Source of the DNA: Desulfobulbus propionicus DSM 2032
GTDB lineage: Bacteria; Desulfobacterota; Desulfobulbia; Desulfobulbales; Desulfobulbaceae
Assembly: GCF_000186885.1 (NCBI RefSeq)
Contig: NC_014972.1
Coordinates: 1,320,001-1,352,000, forward strand
Reading direction: 5' to 3'
Length of the DNA: 32,000 bases
Position numbers and translations under genes: made by a program. Positions 1 to 7,460 of this stretch are shown here, piece by piece; the stretch's first letter is position 1, and each line of letters opens with the position of its first letter. Below the pieces are notes generated by a model. That model was not told the origin of the DNA, did not search any database, and saw nothing but the letters and a program-made list of their open reading frames with translations.

Positions 1-344
1 GATGAGATGTTCCCAATACCGGCGTTGCCAGATGCCGCGTTCTTCTTTGCTCGTCCGGCTGGCGTTCCGGCGTTCCCCTTGGGGGATATACCGCGAGAAT
101 CCTGCTTTGATGAGCATCCACCGTCCGGGGTAGTCCGTGTCCCCTGGTGGTAGCGTCCACATCGCATGCAGATGTTCGGGTAACACCACCATGGCGTCGA
201 TGGTGAAGGGATGTCGTTCTTTTACCACGCCGACAACCTGACGAAGGACGTCAATGTATTCCACCAACAGGGACCGGTGTCGTTCCGCAAGATTCACGGT
301 GAAAAAAAGGTGCCGCCATCAACCCGCGCGCGCCGGTATCGCAT
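1..344 (-). pseudogene. rayT: REP-associated tyrosine transposase (RAYT, IS200/IS605-type Y1 transposase). The reading frame is broken at a T7 tract and the 3' end runs off the window.
   Basis: Minus-strand translation from ATG at 344 gives MRYRRARVDGGTFF, then a stop two codons later. One base back (-1) at the T7 run (A7 on + strand, 302-308) the frame continues as FTVNLAERHRSLLVEYIDVLRQVVGVVKERHPFTIDAMVVLPEHLHAMWTLPPGDTDYPGRWMLIKAGFSRYIPQGERRNASRTSKEERGIWQRRYWEHLI. The GGTxFFTVNL, LPxHxH and WQRRYWEH motifs are RAYT hallmarks. Confidence 0.85.
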
Positions 345-371
345 TGCATTCCTCCGGTTTTACGACACAAT

Positions 372-396
372 GTTGGGGTTCGTGCCTCACCCCAAC
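372..396. repeat. REP-like hairpin immediately upstream of the RAYT start
   Basis: Perfect 8-bp stem GTTGGGGT (372-379) / ACCCCAAC (389-396) with a 9-nt loop, 28 bp from the rayT ATG. Only one copy was noticed in this window. Confidence 0.55.
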
Positions 397-399
397 CTA

Positions 400-550
400 C
401 CTTGCTACCTTGCTCAACCAGGTATTTCTCACAAAAATCCAGATAGAAACGGAGCCACTTTTTGTAATGGATGTGATACGTGTCGGCAATGTTGTGGGCG
501 AAAAGACACTCCTCGAAACGAGTCAGTAATGTAGCGGGAATTGAAATCAT
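400..550 (-). pseudogene. N-terminal ~50-aa stub of a tyrosine recombinase (integron-integrase-like), truncated at the REP/RAYT junction
   Basis: Minus-strand MISIPATLLTRFEECLFAHNIADTYHIHYKKWLRFYLDFCEKYLVEQGSK has the spacing of the integrase N-terminal SAM-like domain (LLxxxxxxLxxxxxxxxTxxxYxxWxxxFxxF). No catalytic domain follows. It lies divergent to, and 217 bp from, the attI-like crossover. The assignment rests on pattern and context, not on a search. Confidence 0.35.
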
Positions 551-570
551 AGGGAATCTCGAAGACGGGT

Positions 571-592
571 TATCCTTCCAAATGGAAGGATA
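571..592. promoter_or_regulatory. 22-bp palindrome upstream of the integrase stub (candidate operator)
   Basis: TATCCTTCCA-AA-TGGAAGGATA has perfect 10-bp arms and sits 21-42 bp upstream of the stub start codon (550). A second, 13-bp palindrome TTGTCA-A-TGACAA lies at 625-637. Confidence 0.35.
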
Positions 593-741
593 TACAGAAA
601 AGCGGGTATTCAAAAACCATCGATTTGTCAATGACAATCTTTATAAATACTAGTAAGTAAGCCATGATATCGGCCTTAAACGCAAGGGCAGAGGAATGCC
701 GGCACGAAAAACTCATCCCGGCCCGCTCTGCAAATCTAGAT

Positions 742-773
742 GTTATACAGATCAGCAGAATAACTTGTTAGGC
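742..773 (+). other. attI-like recombination site with crossover core GTTAGGC (767-773)
   Basis: GATGTTATACAGATCAGCAGAATAACTTGTTAGGC contains a GTTAT repeat, then CAGCAG, then an inverted AATAAC/GTTAGG simple site. The layout is reminiscent of attI1. The core GTTAGGC is the exact complement of the cassette attC R'' box. Confidence 0.45.
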
Positions 774-1655
774 CCATCACCGGGCAAAATCGCAAACTGT
801 AAGTAAGGGGGAACTTCATGGCGATGACAAAGTGTAAGGAGTGCGGAACCGAGATCAGTACCACTGCTGACGCATGCCCCAAATGTGGCGCAAAACAAGT
901 GCGAACCTCTGGCTGTGCCAAGGTTGTTCTTGGCGTTCTCGGATTCTTCGTTTTTGTCGCAATTGTCGGACAATGCAGCCGTTCTGATACGAGCTCGCCT
1001 TCAACGTCAGCAACCTCTGCAAGCTCATCGTCAGCTACTGCAAAGCCGGCAGCGGCGCCAACCCCGCCTCCTCCTCCCGCCCCAGGGTCACAATGGCGCT
1101 ACGGCCAAGACGAAGACCCGATGGGCAAAGGCACAACTCTGCTGGCTCAGGTAACAAGCACAAATGTAGTGCTGTTTGATTCGCCGTATGGCGGGCCTCA
1201 GCATGGAACACTTACTTTGCGCACCCATCCTCGTCACGGAAAAGACATCATTCTCGGCATTGAGCGCGGGCAGTTTCTTTGCCGCTCTTACGAGGATTGC
1301 AATGTTCTCGTGCGCTTCGACGATCAGAAAGCGGTGACTTACGCTGGTGTAGGCCCTGCAGACAATAGTACTGAGTCAGTTTTCATCCGTAACTACTCGC
1401 GCTTTGTCTCAAACATGCTCAAGGCCAAGCGGGTACGTATCTCAGCTGAGGTGTACCAAGAGGGGGCGCCCGTATTCGAGTTTGACGTTAGCGATTTCAG
1501 TGAGGCCAAGTACAAGGGCAAGCAGTGATTCTTGCATCACCGCGGGTGGGCCTAACAATTCGTTCAAGCCGAACTTGCTTCGTTACGGCAAAAGCGTGGC
1601 AGAAACAGCTTGCCACGCTTTTGCCTCCACTACGCAAGTCGGCTTAACTCAGGCG
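768..1655 (+). mobile_element. Integron gene cassette (one ORF plus attC)
   Basis: The cassette starts TTAGGC, right after the G of GTTAGGC. It ends at the G of the attC R' core GTTATCC (1655). It contains a single ORF with its own RBS, and the attC starts 22 nt after the stop. GC content is lower than in the rest of the window. Confidence 0.7.
818..1528 (+). CDS. Cassette-encoded zinc-ribbon, single-pass membrane protein of unknown function
   Basis: RBS AAGGGGGA lies 6 nt upstream of the ATG. The N-terminus CKECGxxxxxxxxxCPKCG is a Cys4 zinc ribbon. It is followed by a TM helix (VVLGVLGFFVFVAIV), a Ser/Ala/Pro-rich linker, and a ~150-aa C-terminal domain (QWRYGQDEDPMGKG...FDVSDFSEAKY). Confidence 0.8.
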   Translation: MAMTKCKECGTEISTTADACPKCGAKQVRTSGCAKVVLGVLGFFVFVAIVGQCSRSDTSSPSTSATSASSSSATAKPAAAPTPPPPPAPGSQWRYGQDEDPMGKGTTLLAQVTSTNVVLFDSPYGGPQHGTLTLRTHPRHGKDIILGIERGQFLCRSYEDCNVLVRFDDQKAVTYAGVGPADNSTESVFIRNYSRFVSNMLKAKRVRISAEVYQEGAPVFEFDVSDFSEAKYKGKQ

Positions 1656-1661
1656 TTATCC
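1550..1661 (+). other. Integron attC (59-base element), 112 bp
   Basis: Boxes are R'' GCCTAAC (1550-1556), L'' TTCAAGCC, L' GGCTTAA and R' GTTATCC (1655-1661). TTCAAGCCGAACTTGC pairs with GCAAGTCGGCTTAA, leaving two bulged top-strand bases. Next come an 8x8 internal loop and a 15-bp apical stem (1587-1601 / 1611-1625, 9-nt loop). The ends closely match my memory of aadA-type attC ends (GTCTAACAATTCGTTCAAGCCGA...GGCTTAACTCAAGCGTTAGAT). Confidence 0.8.
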
Positions 1662-1662
1662 C

Positions 1663-1765
1663 GTTTCTGGTTATCACTCAGTGTTTCCAGCTTGAAGGTT
1701 CACGATTTACTTTTTTAGGTTTTCGCTCCCTGGTTCTCATGCGGTTTTGGAGGATAACCAGAAAC
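1663..1765. repeat. 103-bp element with 13-bp perfect terminal inverted repeats (MITE-like)
   Basis: GTTTCTGGTTATC (1663-1675) and GATAACCAGAAAC (1753-1765) form the terminal repeats. They are flanked by near-identical direct repeats CGTTATCCC (1654-1662) and CGTTTATCCC (1766-1775). No ORF lies inside. Confidence 0.5.
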
Positions 1766-1851
1766 CGTTTATCCCCTTTGCGTCATGCAAATGGGCTTGC
1801 GTGCATTCAGTATCGGGAATGAATGACCAGCCCCTCCTTATCGAGCAATTC

Positions 1852-2394
1852 CTAGATTCCACTGGGAAGCTTGTCCCGCATCATCTGCTTTCTCTCGATA
1901 GTTTGGCCATCGACTCTAAAGGTGCCGTCGCCCACGGCATGGAGCATTCTCTTCTCCGCGCGAGCATTGTCAACGTAGGCCGCGATTCCTCGCAGCACGA
2001 CGATGTTGTAGGGCGTCAGGATATCGACCACTCGGCATTCGATATTTGCGAGGCACTCCTGGATGAGTGGTGCCCGAACATGCTGGGCTGGCAGACGGGT
2101 GAGGTTGAACTTCGTGAACTTATCCGTGTCAGCTCCCGAGCATGTGCCCACGCCGACAACGGTGTCAATCAGGTCCACGGTTGGGATGGCAAGGACACAC
2201 TCCTTTGATTCCTGCAGGGCCGTGTAGGAAAAGTTCCATGGCCCGGTGGTCAGGGCAAACTCTGCGGCAAAATCAAGGACCATGGTCCACGAGATGGTCA
2301 TGACGTTGTCTTTGTTGCCGTCATTCGTTGTCACCAAGACCACCGGACCCGGCTCCACGAGCGTAAATGCCCGGCTTAGTTGCAGACTTTCCAT
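1852..2394 (-). CDS. Flavin reductase-like FMN-binding (split-barrel) domain protein
   Basis: 180 aa. The sequence runs FTLVEPGPVVLVTTNDGNKDNVMTISWTMVLDF...ECVLAIPT...VGTCSGADTDKF...APLIQECLANIECRVV, typical of the PF01613-type flavin reductase fold. GC is lower than in downstream genes. Confidence 0.85.
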   Translation of the reverse strand: MESLQLSRAFTLVEPGPVVLVTTNDGNKDNVMTISWTMVLDFAAEFALTTGPWNFSYTALQESKECVLAIPTVDLIDTVVGVGTCSGADTDKFTKFNLTRLPAQHVRAPLIQECLANIECRVVDILTPYNIVVLRGIAAYVDNARAEKRMLHAVGDGTFRVDGQTIERKQMMRDKLPSGI

Positions 2395-2545
2395 GTTCTC
2401 TCCGTTCGGGTATCGACGTGATCGGGATCATCCGACTCCTGTCTTTTTGTCCGTCAGGAAAACATTCCCGGACGCTTCCCCTATGTTCGAACCATACCGC
2501 TGTGTCGGTCGTCTGCAAACACGAAACGCAACGACAAGCGGCACA

Positions 2546-4396
2546 TCAGCGCAGGTAGAACACCCAGGCGAGCAGGATCGTGGCCAGCAGGGCCAGGGCC
2601 AGCAGGGGCACGCCCACCTTGGCGTAGTCGGCAAATTGGTAGCCACCCGGTTCGCGGACGATCATGTTGACCGGCGAGCCCAGCGGCGAGACAAAGGCGG
2701 CCGAGCAGGCGATGGCCACGGTCATGGCGCAGGCCTGGGGCGAGACGTTCATGGCCAGACCGATATCGACCGCCATCGGCGCCACCAGCACCGCGGTCGG
2801 GGTATTGGAGAGAAACAGGCCGACCAGCGCGGTGAGCACGAACAGGATGGCCAGCACCAACAGCGGCGGACTGTTGCCGACCAGGGCGAGCAGGGTCTGC
2901 GAAACCAGGGCAATGGCGCCGGTCTTCTCCAGGGCCAGGGCCAGGGGCAGGATGCCGGCGATGAGGACGATGGTCTGCCAGTCGATCGCCTTGTAGCAGC
3001 TATCGGCCTGGACGCAGCGGGTGAGGATCAGGGCCGCGGTGGCGCCGAGGACGGCGGTGACCGTGGGCAGCAGGTCAAAGACCATCAGGCCGACCATGAC
3101 CGCGAGAATCCCCAGGGCGATGGGTGCCCGGTCGCGGGCCGCGATCACCTCGTGGTAGTCCTGGGGCAGGGTGAGCAGCAGGTATTGGTCGCGATGCCGG
3201 CGCAAGCGGAGGATGTCGTCCCACGCTCCGCCCATCAAGAGCACATCGCCGAATTTGAGCGGCTGGTCGGCGAAATGGGTGGTCAGGGTCGCGCCCTTGC
3301 GGCGGATGGCCAGCACCTGGCACTGGAACTGGGAGTAGAAACGGATTTCGCGGATCGACTTGCCGATCAGGGTGGAGTCCGGGGTGAGCATCACCTCGCC
3401 CACGCCGATCACCTGAAAAAAATTTCTGCGCAGGGCCGGATCGTCGGGCAGCTCCATGGTTTCGAGGAAAAAGGCGGCGGCAAATTCGGCGATCCGGGCC
3501 GGCGTGCCGATGACCACCAGCAGGTCGTCGGCGTGAAAAACGCTCTCCGGACGGGCGGGGACAATGGCCCGGCCGCTGTCGGTGATGGTGTGCAGGGCAA
3601 TGAGGTTGATGTGGTGGTGGGCGCCCAACTGCATCCGGGCCACGGAGCGGTCGATCAGGTCGGATTTGGCGGTGACCCGCAGCAGGGACACGCGCTGGTC
3701 GATGCCGTAGCGGTGGAGCAGGTCCTCGATGGAGCGTTCCTGTCTGCGTTTGACCGTGGTTCGCCGGGCGGCGAGCAGATGGCGGCCCCACAGCAGCATG
3801 AAGCCGATGGCCAGGGCGAGAATGACCAGGCCGAAAGGGGTGAAGCTGAAGAAGGACAGCGGCTCCTGGCCACGCTCGCGGAGCACGTTGTTGACCACGA
3901 TGTTGGGCGTGGTGGCCACCAGGGTCATCATGCCGCTGATCAGCGAGGCGGCCGCCAGGGGAATGAGCAGCCGCTTGTGGTTGATGTCCGCCTTTTCCGC
4001 CACCGCCATGGTGATGGGGATGAAGATGGCGGCGGTGGCGGTGGAACTCATGAACGAGCCCACCAGGCTGGAGGCGCCCATGAGCAGCATCAGCAGCCTG
4101 CTTTCGCTGGCGCCGCCGCGATCGAGTACCGCCTCGCCCAGCCGCTGGGCAATGCCGGTGTGGACGATGGCCTCGCTGACGATGAACATGCAGGCGATGA
4201 TGATCACCACCGGGTTGGAAAACCCGGAGAGCGATTCGCCGACATCGAGCACGCCGGAGAGCAGCAGAGTCAGCACCACCAGCAGGGCGACCAGGTCGCC
4301 GCGGATGCGGTTGGAGACGAGGAGAACGGCCGCGCCCGCCAGGGTGGCCACGGAGATGAGCAGGTCGGGATGGATCATGAATGGTTGCGTGATCAA
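2546..4396 (-). CDS. SLC13/DASS-family permease with two central TrkA-C (RCK_C) domains
   Basis: ~610 aa. Two multi-TM halves flank two RCK_C-like segments (VSLLRVTAKSDLIDRSV...LLVVIG and GEVMLTPDSTLIGKSIREI...GDVLLMGG). The ORF-track start at 4396 is TTG. An ATG at 4378 (MIHPDLL) is the alternative, and neither has a strong SD. Confidence 0.9.
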   Translation of the reverse strand: MITQPFMIHPDLLISVATLAGAAVLLVSNRIRGDLVALLVVLTLLLSGVLDVGESLSGFSNPVVIIIACMFIVSEAIVHTGIAQRLGEAVLDRGGASESRLLMLLMGASSLVGSFMSSTATAAIFIPITMAVAEKADINHKRLLIPLAAASLISGMMTLVATTPNIVVNNVLRERGQEPLSFFSFTPFGLVILALAIGFMLLWGRHLLAARRTTVKRRQERSIEDLLHRYGIDQRVSLLRVTAKSDLIDRSVARMQLGAHHHINLIALHTITDSGRAIVPARPESVFHADDLLVVIGTPARIAEFAAAFFLETMELPDDPALRRNFFQVIGVGEVMLTPDSTLIGKSIREIRFYSQFQCQVLAIRRKGATLTTHFADQPLKFGDVLLMGGAWDDILRLRRHRDQYLLLTLPQDYHEVIAARDRAPIALGILAVMVGLMVFDLLPTVTAVLGATAALILTRCVQADSCYKAIDWQTIVLIAGILPLALALEKTGAIALVSQTLLALVGNSPPLLVLAILFVLTALVGLFLSNTPTAVLVAPMAVDIGLAMNVSPQACAMTVAIACSAAFVSPLGSPVNMIVREPGGYQFADYAKVGVPLLALALLATILLAWVFYLR

Positions 4397-4460
4397 AGGG
4401 GGAGGGGAAACGGTGGAGCCGGAGCCGTTGGCCGGCCGGCCGCACGGGAGGGAACCAGCG

Positions 4461-5060
4461 CTACAGCGTCAGTTCCTCCACCCGGCATGTCTGGGCCCCG
4501 GCGGCGCGTATCTCTGCGAGGGCCCGTTCGCTGTCGCCCGGCTGGAGATCGACCCCGGCCACGGCGTCAATGAGCACGGTGACCGCCAGGCCGCGCAGGC
4601 GGGCATCGAGGACCGTGGCGCGCACGCAGTAGTCGGTGGCCAGGCCGCCAATGTAGAGGTGGCCGACGCCAAGTTGGCGCACAAGATCGGCCAGCACGGT
4701 GCCGGCATCGTCCACGCCGTCGAAGGCCGAGTAGCCGTCCAGCTGTTCGTCAATGCCCTTGAAGAGAAGAATGGTGTCGGCGGGCAGGCGCAGGCCCGGA
4801 TGAAATTCGGCGCCCGGTGTGTTCTGGACGCAGTGCACCGGCCATAGGCCGCCAAAGGGCTGAAAATGACCGGTATGCGGCGGGTGCCAGTCGCGGGTGG
4901 CCACGACGGGCAGCCCGGCGGCAGCAAAGGCCGCCGCCGCCCGGTTGAGCGGTTCCACCACCCGGTCGCCATCGGGCACGGCCAATGCCCCGCCCGGACA
5001 GAAATCGTTCTGCACATCCACCACGATCAACGCGGCCTTGGGGGTGCTGTTGTGGTTCAT
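4461..5060 (-). CDS. pncA: Nicotinamidase/pyrazinamidase (isochorismatase family)
   Basis: [28 protein letters not shown]...ATRDWHP...GLATDYCV. The start ATG at 5060 forms an ATGA overlap with the pncB stop, and a GGAGG-like RBS lies upstream. The longer ORF to 5288 overlaps pncB and is rejected. Confidence 0.9.
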   Translation of the reverse strand: MNHNSTPKAALIVVDVQNDFCPGGALAVPDGDRVVEPLNRAAAAFAAAGLPVVATRDWHPPHTGHFQPFGGLWPVHCVQNTPGAEFHPGLRLPADTILLFKGIDEQLDGYSAFDGVDDAGTVLADLVRQLGVGHLYIGGLATDYCVRATVLDARLRGLAVTVLIDAVAGVDLQPGDSERALAEIRAAGAQTCRVEELTL

Positions 5061-6487
5061 GCCTGCCTCCTGCCCGCATTCATCGCCTCGATCAGGCGAC
5101 AACGCAATGCTTTTAGTTGTGGTGAAATCGACACCTTGTAGCGGTGCGGATTGACGAAGCGGCGGCAGCCCTGGGGCAGCAACGCCAGATCGCGGCGGCA
5201 GCGCTCGGCCATGGTCTCGATCGGTTCCTCGGCCAGCAGCCGTTGTCCGCGCTCCATGACCACCTGGCGCAGATCGACCAGCCGGCACGGCGGCAGGGTG
5301 GTGTGGCGCAGGGGGTTGGTCGGGTCATAGACGGTGGTGCCGCCGGTCACCGCATCGTCTTCGAGGCAGACCAGATCCTGGAGATAGCTGCCTTCCGGGC
5401 CGACGGCGCGCAGCACCCGCTTGGCTCCGGGCAGGGTAGCCTTGGCCAGGTCGCTGGTGCGCTTCATCTTGGGCTGGCCGTCGATGGCCACCAGTTTGTA
5501 CACCCCGCCCAGGGCCACGCCGCCGGGGCCGGAGGCAGTGGCCAGTTTGGTGCCGACGCCGTAGATGTCCACCCGGCCGCCCTCGTTGCGGATCGATTCG
5601 ATCACCCATTCGTCGAGTTCGTTGGAGGCAAGGATGCGCACCTCCGGGAAGCCCGCCGCGTCGAGCATCCGCCGGGCCTCACGCGACAGGTAGGCCAGGT
5701 CGCCGGAATCAAGGCGGATGCCGCGCAGGTTGTGGCCCCGCGCGTGCAGCTCGCGAGCCACGGTGATGGCGTTGGGCAGGCCGCTTGTGAGGGTGTCGTA
5801 GGTATCGACCAGCAGGACGCTGCTGTCCGGGAAGGCGTCGGCATAGGCGCGGAAGGCGGTCAGTTCGTCGGGGAAGGACTGCACCCAGCTGTGGGCGTGG
5901 GTGCCGCGCACCGGCAAGCCAAAGTCCATGCCCGCGAGCACGTTGCTCGTCCCCTTGGCGCCGCCGATGCAGGCGGCCCGCGAGGCGGACAGGCCGCCGT
6001 CCGGTCCCTGGGCGCGGCGCAGACCGAATTCGATCACCTCGCCATCGCCCGCGGCCGAGCAAATACGCGCCGCCTTGGTGGCCACCAGGGTCTGGAAGTT
6101 GATGCTATTGAGCAGTACGGTCTCCACCAGCTGCACCTCGGTCAGGGTGCCGGACACGGTCAGCAGCGGCTCGTTGGCAAAGACCACGCTGCCCTCAAGT
6201 GGAGCCACCACCGTGCCACAGAAACGAAAGGTGCGTAGATACTCAAGAAATCTGGGCTTGAACAGGTGCAGGCTGGCCAGGTAGCCGATCTCCTCTTCGG
6301 TGAAGCGCAACTGCTCCAGGCAATCCAGGGCCGGAGCGAGGCCGGCGAAGATCGCATAGCCGCCCTCGAAGGGATTGGTGCGGAAATAGAGATCGAACAC
6401 CGCCTGCTTGTCGGCCATCCCTTCTTCCAGGTAGCCGGCGAGCATGGTCAGTTCGTACAGATCGGTGAGCAGGGGAGAGATGCGCAT
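5057..6487 (-). CDS. pncB: Nicotinate phosphoribosyltransferase
   Basis: 476 aa. [24 protein letters not shown]...FDLYFR...GTHAHSW...RLDSGDL are canonical NAPRTase motifs. Confidence 0.92.
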   Translation of the reverse strand: MRISPLLTDLYELTMLAGYLEEGMADKQAVFDLYFRTNPFEGGYAIFAGLAPALDCLEQLRFTEEEIGYLASLHLFKPRFLEYLRTFRFCGTVVAPLEGSVVFANEPLLTVSGTLTEVQLVETVLLNSINFQTLVATKAARICSAAGDGEVIEFGLRRAQGPDGGLSASRAACIGGAKGTSNVLAGMDFGLPVRGTHAHSWVQSFPDELTAFRAYADAFPDSSVLLVDTYDTLTSGLPNAITVARELHARGHNLRGIRLDSGDLAYLSREARRMLDAAGFPEVRILASNELDEWVIESIRNEGGRVDIYGVGTKLATASGPGGVALGGVYKLVAIDGQPKMKRTSDLAKATLPGAKRVLRAVGPEGSYLQDLVCLEDDAVTGGTTVYDPTNPLRHTTLPPCRLVDLRQVVMERGQRLLAEEPIETMAERCRRDLALLPQGCRRFVNPHRYKVSISPQLKALRCRLIEAMNAGRRQA

Positions 6488-6653
6488 GGGATGCTCCGGG
6501 TGAGGAGGGCGGTCGATGGTTCCCGGGTGGACAACCAGCTTTTTTGATAGTGCAAAATCCGGGCGGCCGCAAGCGATTTCCCCGGAAGGGGAGCCGCGCC
6601 GGGCGAGCCATGGGGCACGTTCCGGCGCGGTTGTTCCCGCGTCGCGGGCAGGG

Positions 6654-7289
6654 TCAGCGGATGAAATTCATGTAGATTTTGTTCTCGCGCTCGGGCGGGG
6701 GAATGGTGGCCTTGCCGTGCTCGACCAGTTTCATCAGCCAGGCCATGTTCTTGCCCAGGGTGCGCATGATCTGGGTGCCTTCCTCGTCCTTGACCGCCTC
6801 GCCGGGGCGGGTGCCATGGATCACGTTCCAGTAGTTGGCCGATGGCATCAGCATTTCCGAATAACAGATGAAATTATTCAGTTGGTTGAAGGTGGGTAAC
6901 CCGCCGGAGCGGCGTACCGCCACCACCGAGGCGCCGACCTTGTGGCGCAGCATGCCGTTGTTGACCCCGGTGACGTAAAACACCCGGTCGAGAAAGGATT
7001 TCATGGTGCCGCCGATGGCCGAGAAATGCACCGGCGAGCCAAGGAGGATGCCGTCGGCCGCCTTCATCTTCTGGATCCACTCGTTGACCGGATCCTCGGT
7101 CTGCACGCACTGCTCGTTGCGCTTCTTGAAACACTGGCCACAGGCCAGGCAGCCACGGATGGCCTTGTTGCCCACATGGATGATCTCGGTGGCGATACCT
7201 TCCTGGGCCAGCGCATCGGCGACCATCTGGATGGCGTGATAGGTGTTGCCGTTCTTGTTGGGACTGCCGTTAAAGGCCACGACGTTCAT
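6654..7289 (-). CDS. NADPH-dependent FMN reductase / iron-sulfur flavoprotein-like (flavodoxin fold)
   Basis: 211 aa. [16 protein letters not shown]...[15 protein letters not shown]...[19 protein letters not shown], with RBS AAGGAGAAG upstream. Confidence 0.88.
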   Translation of the reverse strand: MNVVAFNGSPNKNGNTYHAIQMVADALAQEGIATEIIHVGNKAIRGCLACGQCFKKRNEQCVQTEDPVNEWIQKMKAADGILLGSPVHFSAIGGTMKSFLDRVFYVTGVNNGMLRHKVGASVVAVRRSGGLPTFNQLNNFICYSEMLMPSANYWNVIHGTRPGEAVKDEEGTQIMRTLGKNMAWLMKLVEHGKATIPPPERENKIYMNFIR

Positions 7290-7460
7290 TGTCTTCTCCT
7301 TGGGTTGAATGGAATGGGTGTATCTACTTCCCTTTTACGACCGTTTCGCCTATAATGAAACTTATGCTTTTCAACGTCAATAACGAACTTTTTGGTAACG
7401 TAGTGCATTTTTCGAAACATAGTACCTTTTTTGTTCCTTTGGGCAGGGTGGAGCGGGGCA

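Noticed and set aside
211-534. 107-aa and 91-aa + strand ORFs over the RAYT/integrase-stub region
   Set aside because: They lie opposite the RAYT coding sequence and the REP hairpin, with no motifs. The minus-strand readings explain the region.
551-637. N-terminal 29 aa of minus ORF 251-637 (MSLTNRWFLNTRF...)
   Set aside because: This stretch contains the 22-bp palindrome and looks like 5' leader. The integrase-like pattern begins only at M 550. The part of the ORF below 400 merely reads through the REP hairpin and the rayT start in the wrong frame.
1587-1625. 15-bp stem-loop after the cassette ORF as a rho-independent terminator
   Set aside because: It has no U-tract and lies inside the attC. 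It is better explained as the apical stem of the folded attC.
2395-2545. Possible second attC downstream of the reverse-oriented flavin reductase gene
   Set aside because: No RYYYAAC/GTTRRRY pair with internal complementarity was found on either strand. GGATAAC, expected for a cassette starting TTATCC, is absent.
3075-4445. 456-aa minus-strand ORF in an alternative frame of the permease gene
   Set aside because: It is Pro/Arg/Gly-rich nonsense. The permease frame has coherent TM helices and RCK_C domains.
2246-4573. 775-aa + strand ORF, the longest in this part of the window
   Set aside because: It lies antisense to the SLC13 permease gene and is extremely low-complexity (G/D/Q/H/R runs). 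It has no motifs and no RBS. It is a typical shadow ORF of GC-rich DNA.
4461-5288. Long form (275 aa) of the pncA ORF
   Set aside because: The extension overlaps pncB by 230 nt and is Arg/Gly/Pro-rich. Nicotinamidase homology starts at MNHNST (5060), with an ATGA overlap and an RBS.
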